Below, one piece after another: positions 12,248-24,406 of a DNA stretch of 64,000 bases. The notes under the pieces are model-generated. The model searched no databases, was not told where the DNA came from, and was given only the letters and a program-made list of their open reading frames with translations. The DNA comes from the human T2T-CHM13v2.0 reference genome, Homo sapiens. How positions within the stretch are numbered: position 1 is the first letter of the stretch; each line of letters opens with the position of its first letter. The stretch lies in assembly GCF_009914755.1 (NCBI RefSeq), contig NC_060928.1; one strand, 5' to 3'. A program made the translations under genes and the position numbers.

Positions 12248-14673
12248 TTTATTAGACCATTCTTGCATTGCTATAAAAAATACCTCAGACTGGGTAATAT
12301 ATAAGAAAAGAGGTTTAATTGGCTCTCAGTTCTGCAGGCTGCAGAGAAAGCCTGGCAGCAGTGTCTGTTTCTGGGGAGGACTTAGGAAGCTTATAATTAC
12401 AGCAGAAGTTGAATCTCCTCACATAACAGGAGTGGGAAAAAGAGAGAGAGAGATTGGGTGGGGAAGTTCCACACACTTTTAAATGACCAGATCTCATGAC
12501 AACTCACTCACTATCGTCAATACAGCACTAAACCATGTGGAACCCATCACAGTGATCTCTACCCTCTCCACCAGGCCCCATCACCAGCATTGGGTATTAC
12601 ATTTCAATACGAGAGTTGGGCATTTAGGCAGGGACAAATATCCAAATTATATCATTTTGCCCTGGGACCTCCTAATACCCTTCTCACATTGCAAAATACA
12701 GTTATGCCTTCTCAATAATTCCCCAAAGTTTTAACTTGTTTCAGCAACGACTCAAAAGTCCAAAGTCCAAAGTCTTACCTGAGACAAGGCACGCCCCTTC
12801 CACCTGTGAGCCTGTAAGGTCAAAAACAAGTTATTTACTTCCAAGATACAATGAGGTGTAGGTATTGGGTAAACATTGCCACTCCAAAAGGGAGAAACCA
12901 GCCAAAATAAAGGGGCTACAGACCCCATGCAAATTCAAAAACTAGCAGGGCAGCCATTAAATCTTAAAGCTCCAAAATAATCTCCTTTAACTCTAAGCCC
13001 TACATCCCAAGACACTGCTGCAAGGGGTGAATTGTCAAGGCAATGGTAAGCTCCGCCTCTGTTGGTTTACAGGGTTCATCCCCCAGGGCTGTTCTCACAG
13101 GTTGGAGTTGAATGCCTGCAGCTCTTTCAGGCACAGGGTGGAAGCTGCTGGTGGGTCTACCATTCTGGGGTCTGGAGGATGGTGGCTCTTTTCTCACAGC
13201 TCCACTAGACAATTCCCCATTGTGGACTCTGTGGGATCTCCAACCCCACATTTCCCCATGGTGCTGCCCTAGTAGAGATTCTTTGTGAGGGATCTGTCCC
13301 TGCAGCACATTTCTGCCTTGCCACCCAGTCTTCCTCATACATCTTTTGAAATCTAGGTAGACTCTTTCAAGTATTCCTCATTCTTGCATTCTGTCTACAA
13401 GCTTAACACCACATGGAAGCCTCCAAGACATACGGCAGGCTTCCTCATGGAGGAATGTGGCAGCATGAGTTGTACCTGGGCCTCTTTGATCCACAGTTGG
13501 AGCTGGATTGGCTAGGATGTGGAGACCATTGTCTTGATGCTGCACAGGACAGCAGGGCCCTGGTCCTGGCCCATGAAACCAATCAGTCCTCCTAAGCCTC
13601 AAGATCTGTGATGGGAGGGGCTGCCAAGAAGGTCTCTGAAATGCCTTTGAGGCCATTTCCCTATTTTCTTGGCTATTAGCACTTGGTTCCTTTTTAGTTA
13701 TGCAAATATTTCTAGCCCATTTTTTGCTGCACAGCCTCCTTGAATTCCTGACCAGAAGAAGCTTTCTCCTTCTCTGCCACAAGACCAGACTGCAAATTTC
13801 CCAAATTTTTATGCTCTGCTTACTGTTTAAATATAAATTTCAACTCTAAGTTATTCATTTGCTTCCACATCTGAGTTAGGCTATTAGAAGCAGCCAGGCC
13901 ACATATTGAACACTTTGCCGCTTAGAAATTTCTTTTGCCAGGTATCCTAATTCATCACTATAATGTTCAAATTTCCAGAGATCCCTATGGCAGGAATACA
14001 GTGCAGCCAAGTTCTTTGCTAAGCTCTCAGAAGAAGAGCTCCAGTTCCCAATATGTTTCTCATTTTCATCTGAGACCTCATCAGCCTGGTCTTTACTGTT
14101 CATATTTCTATCAGCACTTTGGTCACAACCAATTAACAAATCTCTAAGAAGTTTCAAATTTTCTCTCATCTTCCTCTCTTCTTCTGAGCCCTCCAAACTC
14201 TTCTGACCTCTGCTCATTATCCACTTCCAAAGTTGTTTCCACATTTTCAGACAGCTTTATAACAATACCAAACTCCTGGTAAAAATTTTTTATATCAGGC
14301 CATTCTTGCACTGTTATAAAGGAATACTTGAGACTAACTAATTTATAAGAAAACAGGTTTAATTGGATCATGATTATGTAGGCTATACAGGAAGCATAGC
14401 TCCAGCATCTGCTTCTGCAAAGGCCTCAGGAAGCCTAAAATCATGGTAGAAGGTGAAAGAGGAGAAGACATCTCACAAAATAGAAGCAGGAGCATGAGAG
14501 AGAAAAACAGTGTGTCAGGAGGTGCCACACACTTTTAAACAACTGGATCTCATAAGAACTCACTCACTCTTGTGAAGAAAGCACTAAGCCATGAGGGATC
14601 TGCTGCCATGACCCAGTTACATCCCACTAGGCCCCACCACCAGCATTAAGGATTACAATTCAACATAAGATTT
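12248..14673 (-). mobile_element. MST (MSTA-like) MaLR element: LTR 12248-12654, internal 12655-14290, LTR 14291-14673 (5'-truncated)
   Basis: Two homologous LTRs (ccattcttgcattgctataaa / ccattcttgcactgttataaa). Minus-strand ORF fragments such as 13876-14244 (SLEGSEEERKMRENLKLLRDLL) are typical decayed MaLR internal ORF sequence. Confidence 0.92.
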
Positions 14674-16017
14674 AACTCAATGGAAGTTTGGATATTTGTC
14701 TATAATAATGAAGACAGTAATTGTTTATAATAAGGTAGATAACACCAAAAACACTTGAATTCAAAAACTTGTAGTGGAATTGCATCAATTCCTATGAATC
14801 AATGGAAACTGAGAAAAGTGTCTAGTGGCAGGACTCAGCAGGGTGGATCTCAAGCACTTCAGTACTTGTACAGGCGGGGCAGCTTCTTCAGAGAGTTAGT
14901 ATTAACTGCCCATTAATTGCCACATGTGAAACTCCTAAGTGTGTGGGAGGGAGGTGGCTGGTGGTTAAATCATCTCTTTATAATCTTTAGGAAGCTAGGC
15001 ATAGATCTTAGTAGACAATAGGAGATGATGCCTATCTGTTTAACGTTTACATTTGAAACTTGTGTTTCAAGTCTATACTGCATTTGTGTTTGTCAAGAGC
15101 TACTCCTAGAAGACTAATTAAAAAATAAAAATAAGGGGAACATTTTGAACTCATCTAACCAAAACATGAAAAGTGCCAAGGTTGAAATTGACCCAGAGAC
15201 CTCTGGATTCAGGGTTCTAAACAACCTATCTCTGTTTCTTTGTCGAATTCCCCTCCCATCTCCCCCCTCCTCTTGTCCTCTTGTTTCTGCATTGCTATTA
15301 AGTTCTTTCCAACTGCTAGCAATCTTTCTCCACGCCCACAGGATTCTTTCAGAACCTTCTCAGTTTTGACACATATCCTGTAACATTTCTGGAAATAATG
15401 TAATAAAACATTCCTCACCCACATGCCCTGTCAATTTCATTTTCCAAATATCTCTCAGATATATCAACCTCCAGGTAGTTTCAACATTTCCATTTAGGTC
15501 AATTTCTTCCATCTCTTGCTTGCATTTTTACAATAGTTCCTAAATGTTCAATATGAAGCAGTCCTCCACTCACATCCATATCTAAATCATTCTCCAGACT
15601 TTAAGTAATTCCATAAATCTCCCCACACCCAACAGAAACACTAATCATTCTCTAGAGTGAAGTTAGAGAAATAGGTTCAAAAGTTCATGTCTGTCATGTC
15701 CCACTCACACAGTCTTCTAATAAAAATGTATCCATGGTTTCCTAGAATCCTGAACGTGGCCTGCAGAGCCCTTTGCTTCATGCCCACTCTCTCCCTTTCC
15801 ATTTTCTTTTGGAATGTTTCTCTTCTCTTCCCCTTTGTCCACAAAAGAACTGTGTTTCTTTTTTCTCCCATTGCTTCTTAAGTGGGTACTGCCTCTTACC
15901 AAAGGATTTTTTTTTTACTCTGCATAGGATCCTCTTTGCTCTTCTCTTTGCCAAGTGAATTCTGACCCATTTTTAAGATCTTGTTAAATGTTGATGCTGC
16001 AATAAAATGACACACTT

Positions 16018-16412
16018 TTATTATCTGTTCTGGAAGACAGAAGTCAAAATTAGTTTCAAGATATTGGCAAGGCTGGTTTCTTCTAGAGGCTGTCAGTAGG
16101 AATCCATTTTGTTAGCTTTTCTACCTTCTAGAGGCTGCCTGGATTCCTTGGCTGATGGCCCTTCTCCATCTCCAAAGCTAGCATCTTCAAATCTCTCTCT
16201 TTCTCTCTCTTTGCTTCTATCATCATCTTGCCTTTTCTGAATCAGATTTTCCTGGCTCCTCTTATGAAGATTCTTGTCATTATATTGGACACACTGGGGT
16301 GATCCAGGATAATCCCCTCATCTCAAAGTCCTTACCTTAACCACATCTGTAATGTCCCTTTTGCCATGTAAGATACCATATTCACAGGTGATGGGGATTA
16401 AGGCATGAGCAT
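16018..16412 (-). mobile_element. MLT1-family LTR remnant
   Basis: gttctggaagacagaagtc...ttctagaggctgcctggattccttggctgatggccc...ttcacaggtgatggggattaagg. Confidence 0.8.
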
Positions 16413-16439
16413 TCTGTTTATCTTACTGATAATATTTTT

Positions 16440-16957
16440 TGTCGGGAAGAGGCCTCCCCAAATCTGGCCATAAACTGGCCCCTAAACTGGCCATAAACAA
16501 AATCTCTGCAGCAATGTGACATGTTCATGATGGCCATAACACCCACCCTGGAAGGCTGTGGATTTACCGGAAAGAGGGCAAGGAACACCTGGCGCACCCA
16601 GGGTGGAAAACCACTTAAAGATCTTCTTAAACCACAAACAATAGCATGAGCGATTTGTGCCTTAGGAACATGCTCCTGCTGCAGATAACTAGCCCAACCC
16701 ATCCCTTTATTTCAGCCAATCCCTTTGTTTCCCATAAGGGATACTTTTAGTTAATCTAACATCTATAAAAACAATGCTAATGACTGGTTTGCTGTTAATA
16801 AATACATGGGTAAATCTCTGTTCAAGGCTCTCAGCTCTGAAGGCTGTGAGACGACACCCCTGATTTCCCACTTCACACCTCTATATTTCTGTGTGTGTGT
16901 CTTTAATTCCTCTAACGCTGCTGGGTTAGGATCTCGCTGACCAAGCTGGTCTCGGCA
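16440..16957 (+). repeat. 5' LTR (MER9-type)
   Basis: tgtcgggaag...aatctggccataaactggcccc...ggtctcggca; TATAAAA at 16764-16770 and AATAAA at 16797-16802; about 90% identical by eye to 21396-21912. Confidence 0.93.
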
Positions 16958-16959
16958 AG

Positions 16960-16977
16960 TGGTGTCCATAATGGGGG
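16960..16977 (+). promoter_or_regulatory. Primer binding site, degenerate tRNA-Lys type
   Basis: tggtgtccataatggggg lies 2 nt after the LTR-terminal CA and resembles TGGCGCCCAACGTGGGGC. Confidence 0.8.
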
Positions 16978-17066
16978 CTCAAATCCAGGTCAAAGAGTCA
17001 CCGGAGTGATGGTTGGAGAATGTGGAACTAAGCTGGAGGACACCTAAGTACTCAAGCAATCCCCAT

Positions 17067-17073
17067 GGTGAGT
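17067..17073 (+). promoter_or_regulatory. Probable major splice donor of the provirus
   Basis: G|GTGAGT in the leader between the PBS and the gag ATG. Confidence 0.55.
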
Positions 17074-17105
17074 AAGAAGGGGAGCTCAGAAGCATCAGGG
17101 TAACA

Positions 17106-18505
17106 ATGGGACAAACATGGGGTCTGGTTCGTTCCACCTTGGAACTTTCTCACACTGATAATGAGGAGGAAGGAGAGTATAATGAAGTAACAGAAGAGGT
17201 TACAGAGCAGGTTTATTTGCCAGCCAAAGCTAAAGCGGCAAAGGAGGGAGAGGTTCATCCCTACCCTTCTAGACGCCCTCATTATTATTTTGAAGAAAAA
17301 GACCCTCCAGATCTTTCTTTTCTGGAGGACACTGGGCGAAAACTAGTTACCCCGGTGACTGTTCAAGCAGTGCCTTGAGCGACCACTCTTAGGTTTATTC
17401 AGGCAGGAATTCAGCAAGCTAGATGAGAGGGTGATTTAGAGGCTCAGCAGTTCCCTATTAGAATACACCCCCCAGATCAACAGGGAAATATTATAGCTAC
17501 ATTTCAGTCTTTTATTTTAAATTACTCAAAAAATTTAAACAAGCTATAAATCAGTATGGACCAGGTTCTCCTTTTCTAATGGGACTGTTAAAGAATGTTG
17601 CCATTTCCAGTCGGATGATTCCTACTGACTGGGATGCTCTTACTCAAGCTTGTCTAACTCCTGCTCAGTTCTTACAATTTAAAACTTGATGGGCAGATGA
17701 AGCTTCCATTCAAGCTGCTCTCAATGCCCAGGCCCAACCTCAAATTAATATAACTGCAGACTAACTTTTAGGGGGTTGGCAGCTCGGCTGGTTTAGATGC
17801 ACAACTGGTCATGCAGGATGATGCCATAGAACAGCTTAGAGGAGTGTGCATTAGAGCTTGGGAAAAAAATCACTTCATGTGGAGAACCATACTCTTCCTT
17901 TAGTGCTATAAAACAGGGACCAAAGGAACCATACGTGGATTTTATAGCTTGCTTACAGGAGTCTCTTAAAAAGATGATTGTATTTTCGGCTGCTCAGGAT
18001 ATAGTGTTGCAGTTTTTAGCTTTGGACAATGCTAATCCTTATTGCCAGGCTGCTGTGTGACCTATCAGAGGGAAAGCACATTTAGTTTATTATATCAAGG
18101 CCTGTGATGGTATCAGAGGTAATCTCTATAAGGCTAATCTGCTAGCACAGGCAATGGCAGGACTGAGAGTGGATAAAAGAAATACTCCATTTCCTGGAGC
18201 TTGTTTTAACTGTGGGAAGCATGGTCACACTAAAAAATAATGTAGGAAAAAATCAGCAAGTCAGGCTGCCAGATACGGGAAAAAAGAAAACAGCTGAGCC
18301 TGAAAAATGTCCAAAATGTAGAAAAGGAAAACATTGGGCTAATCAGTGTCACTCTAAGTTTGATAAAGATAGGAACCCAATTTTGGGAAACGTCATGAGG
18401 GGCCCATCCTGGGCCCCGTTCCAAACCTGGGCATTTCCAGCTCAGGCCATTCCCTCACCGCTGTACAATGTCTGTCCCCCGCCACAGTCGGTAGTGCCGC
18501 AGTAG
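17106..18505 (+). pseudogene. gag: HML-3 gag (MA largely deleted; stops and frameshifts)
   Basis: MGQ start; major homology region KQGPKEPYVDFIACLQE (~17910-17960); zinc knuckles CFNCGKHGHTKK*C and CPKCRKGKHWANQC; stop at 18503-18505. Confidence 0.9.
18385..18417 (+). promoter_or_regulatory. gag-pro -1 ribosomal frameshift signal
   Basis: G GGA AAC heptamer in the gag frame (18385-18391), followed 7 nt later by the perfect 8-bp stem ggggccca-tcc-tgggcccc (18399-18417). Confidence 0.8.
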
Positions 18506-19264
18506 ATTTATGCTGCACAAAACTGTGAGCCTTCTGCCTGGGGAACCCCCACAAAAGGTCCCAGCAGGAATCTGTGGACCCTTGCCAGCAGGAAGATAAG
18601 ATTACTTCTAGGAAGGTCTAGTTTAAATTTAAAAGGGGTACAAATATATATAGGAGTCATTGATTCAGATTACAATGAAGAAATTCAAATTGTTATGTCT
18701 ACTTCTGTTCCCTGGAAAGTAGAGCCAGGAGAGTGCATAGCACAGCTCCCGTTTGTGCCATATGTGGGAATGGGAAAAAGTGAAATTAAAAGAACAGGAG
18801 GATTTGGAAGCACGAATAAACAAGGCAAAGCAGCTTATTGGGTAAATCAAATTACTGATAAACATCCTACCTGTGAAATAACTCTTCAGGGAAAGAAATT
18901 TAAAGTTTTGGTAGATACAGGAGTGGACATGTCAATCATTTCTCTACAGCACTGGCTGTCCAAGTGGCCAATTCAACCTGCTCAATTTAACATAGTTGGA
19001 GTTGGTAAAGCCCCTGAAGTATATCAAAGTAGTTATATTTCGCATTGTGAAGGGCCCGATGGACAACATGGGACTATTCAACCAATTATAACTTCTGTAC
19101 CTATAAATTTATGGGGGAGAGATTTATTACAACAATGGGGAGCACAAGTTCTAATTCCAGAACAATTATATAACCCTCAAAGTCAACATACAATGCACAA
19201 AATGGAGTATGTCCCTGGCATGGGACTAGAAAAAAATTTGCAAGGTTTGAAAAAACCGCTTTAA
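18385..19264 (+). pseudogene. pro: HML-3 pro (dUTPase + aspartic protease + G-patch); native frame open from ~18593 to 19264
   Basis: dUTPase motifs LLLGRSSLNLKG, GVIDSDY, RTGGFGST; protease LVDTGVD and NLWGRDLL; G-patch-like KMEYVPGMGLEKNLQG; frameshift near 18593. Confidence 0.92.
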
Positions 19265-19307
19265 GCAGAAAGACAAAGTTCCCACCAAAGATTAGGATAT
19301 AATTTTT

Positions 19308-20250
19308 GATGGCGGCCACTGTTAAGCCTCCAGAACCTACACCTTTAAAATGGTTAACAGATAAGCCAATTTGGATAGAACAATGACCACTAAGTAAAGA
19401 GAAACTGGAGGCTTTAGAGAAATTAGTTACTGAACAATTAGAAAATGGGCACATAGCTCCAACATTTTACCCATGGAATTCTCCAGTTTTTGTAATTAAG
19501 AAAAAATCAAGTAAATGGAGAATGTTAACTGACTTAAGAGCCATCAATTCAGTTATACAACCTATGGGAGCGTTATAGCCAGGATTTCTTTCTCCTGCTA
19601 TAATTCCAAAAAATTGGCCTTTAATAGTCATAGATTTAAAAGACTGTTTCTTTTAGCTGAGCAAGACTGTGAACGGTTTGCATTTATAATTTCTGCAGTA
19701 AACAACCTGCAGCCTGCTAAGCGTTTTCATTGTTTTACAGATGGATCTGGTAATGGTAAAGCTTCTTATTCTGGATCAAAAGGTAAAGTTTTTCAGATAC
19801 CCTATACTTCAGTTCAAAAAGCGGAGCTTGTAGCTGTAATTGAGGTATTAATTATTTTTAATATGCTTATTAATGTGATTTCCGATTCTTCATACGTGAT
19901 TCATTCCACACAGTTAATTAAAAATGCTCAGTTACTATTTCATACATATAAACAACTGATGACAAAAACAAAAAAGGGGGACAAATGGGGATTACAGGAC
20001 AGCTCATACACAATTGAATCTAGTGTTATCAATTTTAAATTCTTTGAGCCTGCCCAAAGCCCAGATGTTATCAGCAGCTGAACAGCATCTACAGAAACCA
20101 GCTGCAAAGACAGAAGCAGAACAACTGGTTTGTGGAGAGATCCTATAACAAAAAGTTGGGGAATCGATAAAATAATAACTTGGGGTAGAGGTTATGCTTA
20201 TGTTTCTCCAGGTCAAAATCAACAGCTGATTTGGATACCATCAAGATACC
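19308..20250 (+). pseudogene. pol: HML-3 pol with two large internal deletions (RT N-term / RNase H part / IN C-term)
   Basis: RT N-terminus ([26 protein letters not shown]) runs into RNase H (CFTDGSGNGKA, ISDSSYV) at ~19731, then into the IN tail (WRDPITKSW...TWGRGYAYVSPG) from ~19962. No YMDD motif and no IN core are seen. Confidence 0.9.
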
Positions 20251-21380
20251 TGAAACCTTATCATGAGCCAGATGCCAAGGAAGAGATTCCGGAAGGATCC
20301 CGAGGACCCCCTGGTTGCAGCCATGTCAAGTCTGACAGTGAGGAGGACCCCAACTGTCACGAGAAACACCTGTCGAACACAGCCACCCACCTGGGGACAG
20401 ATCAAGAAGCTGTCATAGATGGTGGAAGAAAACCTGAGGACAGTGGGACAACCAGTCACAATGAGTAATTTAATGGTAGCTGTGATAGCGGTAATCACCA
20501 CTGCTGTGAGTGATTCCTTCAACAAGGGCTGACACAGAGAACAATTATACTTATTGGGCATATTTATCAAATTTGGCTGGCAATAATGCCTGGATGTAAT
20601 CACTCTATGATGCAGTTACGCATGCTTTCTGATCTCAGTATTTACCATAATAAATCTACTCCTATAATTGAGGCATACTGCTCTCAAGAATCTATTTGTA
20701 AACAAAATTGAACCTGGCCAGAAAAAATCAACATACTTGTTTAGGAAGATTGCATTGCAGAACAGATAGAGGTGCTGCATAGCAACTCCTATGGAATCAT
20801 TATTGATTGGTTCCCTAAGGGGATGTTTAGCTTGAATTGCACCTCTCAGTCTGCATGCTACAGCCACACTATGTTCAGCTGATCTGAACAAAACAGTCGG
20901 ATGGTAGACATGATAAGAAGTAAGGCAAGAGTTCCTATTATCTGGAACCATGATGGTATAGTGGCATCTCAACCTCAAATGATATGGGTTGTTGTAGGAG
21001 CTAAAAATAAGGATTTGTGGAAACTATTAATAGCTCTTAATAAGATCAAAATTTGGGAAAGAATAAAAAAGCATTTAGAAGGACACTCTCTAAACTTGTT
21101 TTTGGACATTGCAAGATTAAAAGAACAAATATTTAAAGCATCCCAGGCACACTTGACCTTAATGCCAGGAACTGGAGTGCTTGAAGGAGCTGCAGGCAGA
21201 TTAACAGCTAGTAATCCTTTGAAATGGATAAAAACACTTGGAAGCTCTATGATTTCAATGATGATTGTGCTTTTAATCTGTGTTGTTTTTCTTTAGTATA
21301 GCCTGCAGATGCAGATCCTGACTCCTGCGAGAAGTAGCTCACCGTGACAAAGCTGCCCTTGCTTTTATCGCTTTGCAAAT
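20240..21380 (+). pseudogene. env: HML-3 env remnant, internally deleted
   Basis: Signal-peptide-like and SU fragments, then the TM tail WERIKKHLEGHSLNLFLDIARLKEQIF...NPLKWIKTLGSS and a hydrophobic anchor (ORF 20901-21296). No furin site or fusion peptide is seen. Confidence 0.85.
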
Positions 21381-21381
21381 C

Positions 21382-21393
21382 AAAGAAGGGGGA
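21382..21393 (+). promoter_or_regulatory. Polypurine tract
   Basis: aaagaaggggga lies 2 nt before the 3' LTR TG. Confidence 0.9.
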
Positions 21394-21395
21394 CA

Positions 21396-21912
21396 TGTTG
21401 GGAACAGCCCCCCCCCCAAAAATCTGGCCATAAACTGGCCCCAAAACTGGCCATAAACAAAATCTCTGCAGCAATGTGACATGTTCATAATGGCCATAAT
21501 GCCCATGCTGGAAGGTTGTGGATTTACCAGAATGAGGGCAAGGAACACTTGGCCTGCCCAGGGTGGAAAACCACTTAAAGGTGTTCTTAAACCACAAACA
21601 ATAGCATGAGCAATCTGTGCCTTAAGGACATACTCCTCCTGCAGATAACTAGCCCAACACATTCCTTTATTTCAGCCCATCCCTTCGTTTCCCATAAGGG
21701 ATAATTTTGGTTAATCTAATATCTAAAGAAACAATGCTAATGACTGGATTGCTGTTAATAAACACGTGGGTAAATCTCTGTTCGAGGCTGTCAGCTCTGA
21801 AAGCTGTGAGACCCCTGATTTCCCATGTCACACCTCTATATTTCTGTGTGTGTGTCTTTAATTCCTCTAGTGCCACTGGGTTAGAATCTCTCCAGCCGAG
21901 CTGGTCTTGGCA
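21396..21912 (+). repeat. 3' LTR (MER9-type)
   Basis: tgttgggaacag...ggtcttggca; AATAAA at 21757-21762. Confidence 0.93.
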
Positions 21913-21922
21913 TTTTTAATGG

Positions 21923-22418
21923 TGTTAAACTATGTCCCTGGCTGACAGAAAAAATGGCCTTCCTTTGGCTGAGTTGCTCAAAGTTAAAATAATCAGGTGG
22001 CCATGACTAGGTGAGGGAGCAGTCATGTACTCTGCATTCTCAGAAAGATGTTGTAAAAGTGTCACATTATTGCCCCTTCTCCAATCAAGCCAAACCAGTT
22101 CCTGTTGTTGATGCCAAGATAGACTGCAGCTGGAAATATCCCAAACTGACCACCAACAAACAACCTGGTGTCAACCAACTGACAACCTGGAACCAGACAA
22201 TTTAGAGAGGCTGGTAATTTGGGGATTAAAGGCTATCTAATCAAAACTGCTCCTTACTCCCCTGACTACTCATCTTGCCCTGAGCTTTTGCCTTTAAAAT
22301 TTCTAACTCTCCAACTTCCCCTTCAAAGTGCAGCTCTGGTTTGCACTGAAGGCTGTCTCTCCCAATCTGCAGATTGCTTTTAGAAAATAAAGTTCTCCTT
22401 TTGACTCATTGATTAATA
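21923..22418 (+). mobile_element. Solo LTR of another ERV family (LTR47-like by recollection; family tentative)
   Basis: Starts tgttaa and ends ttaata; AATAAA at ~22386; 4-bp TSD atgg (21919-21922) / aagg (22419-22422). Confidence 0.7.
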
Positions 22419-22479
22419 AAGGAAACCTTCTCAGACTTCTTTTATTTGATGAAACCTTCCTCACATGTGCTCTCGATCT

Positions 22480-22620
22480 TCATTCACTTGTATCTTCCCT
22501 GACACTAGACTCTCAGCCCCATGAGAGCAAACCCTGTGTTTATTTTTACTAGCCATTATAATCAGTCTAGTGCAGTATCTGCTGTATCATAATAGAAGCT
22601 CACCAAATATTTTTGATTAA
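22480..22620 (+). mobile_element. L2 3' end remnant
   Basis: ctagactctcagccccatgagagcaaaccctgtg...aagctcaccaaatattttg. Confidence 0.5.
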
Positions 22621-23361
22621 CAAATGACTTTGTCTAGTTGATATCATCTTCTCAGATTTAATCCTAACTCTGTAGTTACAGAAAAGTAACACTATGATTA
22701 GTTTATCTTAAATCACATGCCTGCTTATTTGGTCAAGTCCATTTGATCTGTTACCAAAAGAAGAGTAAAGACATTTACCAATGAAAACTACTACACTACC
22801 ATTTTGTATCCTGTCTTCTAACTTGCCAACATTAAGACAACTCTCTTAAAGTAATATAAGGCCAACAGAACTAACAAAGTAAAAGCTAAAGTTGGCTCAC
22901 CAGTAATTATAGGCTAGAAATTACAGCAGCTTTATTTGAGTTTTTGGAAAATGATTAGAGATTCTTCCAGGAGGGAAATACAGGTAGGAATCTTTGGTAG
23001 TTTTTATATACTATTCATTTGAATATTCAAAACTATACTGTCTATGGAGACTGAGCTTCAGAGTTTCAATGTTGACTAGCCCAGGCAGAACATGAAATTA
23101 TAGGCAGAATGGAAGATATGTGTTCTATTCTTAGGAGAGTATAATTCATTTTAAATCAAAGCGCTAGTGTCCTAAAAACTATTAATAATACAGAGAAAGG
23201 ACCACACTCCTGTGAGAGTACTGAGAAAATAGACAAATCATTCAGTAAAGTTCCTAATTAAAAGCTGTAGCATTTCAAGTAGGCTATAAATCAAACACAC
23301 ACACACACACACGCACATACTTACCTACATACACACATTTTTTCAAATTTCTAAATAAATT

Positions 23362-23777
23362 TGTGATGGTTACTTTTGTGTGTCATCTTGCCTGGGCCAT
23401 GGGGCACCCCTATGTTTGGTTAGACAATATTCTGGGTGTGTCTGTGAAGGTGTTCTTGGAGATTAACATTTGAATTTGTAGACTGAGGGTGCAGGTTGCC
23501 TTCCCCAATGTGTGTGGGTCTCATTCAATCTGTTGAAGACCTGAATAAAATAAAAAGGCTTAACAAGAGAGAATAGGCTGTCTCTGCTTGATGCTCTTTA
23601 AGCTGGGACATGATCTTCTCCTCCTTTTGGACTCAAACTGGAACTTAAGCTATAAGCACTTTAGGTTCTCAGACCTTTGAACTGCAGATCTTGGGAGTTT
23701 GCATCCATAATTGCATAAGCCATTTTCTTATAGTAAATCTGTTTGTGCTGTTTCTTAGAAAAACTCTGACTAATAAA
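23362..23777 (+). mobile_element. MLT2-family (ERVL) solo LTR
   Basis: tgtgatggttacttttgtgtgtcatcttgcctgggcc...gtttcttagaaaaactctgactaata. Confidence 0.88.
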
Positions 23778-24122
23778 AAATTAGTTTAAAAAATATATTG
23801 AAAGCAAGATCAAAAAGATGTTCTGCTATATCTGAGAAAAACAGCAAATTCTTAGTACACTACAGGCCTTTTTTACTAAGAGCCAGACATAGATTCACTA
23901 TTAAGCTAAAGAAGCTAATTGTCAGTATCAGGACCCACCATTTTGTGGACATTTTCACATCACCGTGGAATAACCCTAGCAATGTGCTTATACAGACATA
24001 CTTCTGAGTAAAATGGAAAAATCAAGATTGCTTTTAGGGCAATTAATTAGAACAACAATGTTTATACCACTATTAGTTACACTACTTAGAGCACACACTA
24101 ACTGACTTTCATAAAACAATAA

Positions 24123-24406
<284 letters not shown>

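Larger units (their letters stand above)
16440..21912 (+). mobile_element. HERV-K(HML-3)/HERVK9 provirus, internally deleted (5473 bp), with MER9-type LTRs
   Basis: Two TG...CA LTRs, Lys-type PBS, gag/pro(dUTPase)/pol/env remnants in betaretroviral order and a PPT. TTTTT flanks both sides (16435-16439, 21913-21917) as the probable TSD. Confidence 0.93.

Noticed and set aside
13000-14528. Several 100-134 aa ORFs
   Set aside because: Fragments of the decayed MaLR internal ORF and LTR, not a host gene.
16415-16439. Idea that the provirus inserted into the solo LTR, with tgtttatc as that LTR's start
   Set aside because: The TSD evidence (ATGG at 21919-21922) places the solo LTR start at 21923, so the two are adjacent and not nested.
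16418-16702. Apparent paralogous ORF pair (16418-16702 and 21339-21662)
   Set aside because: Antisense translations of the two MER9 LTRs.
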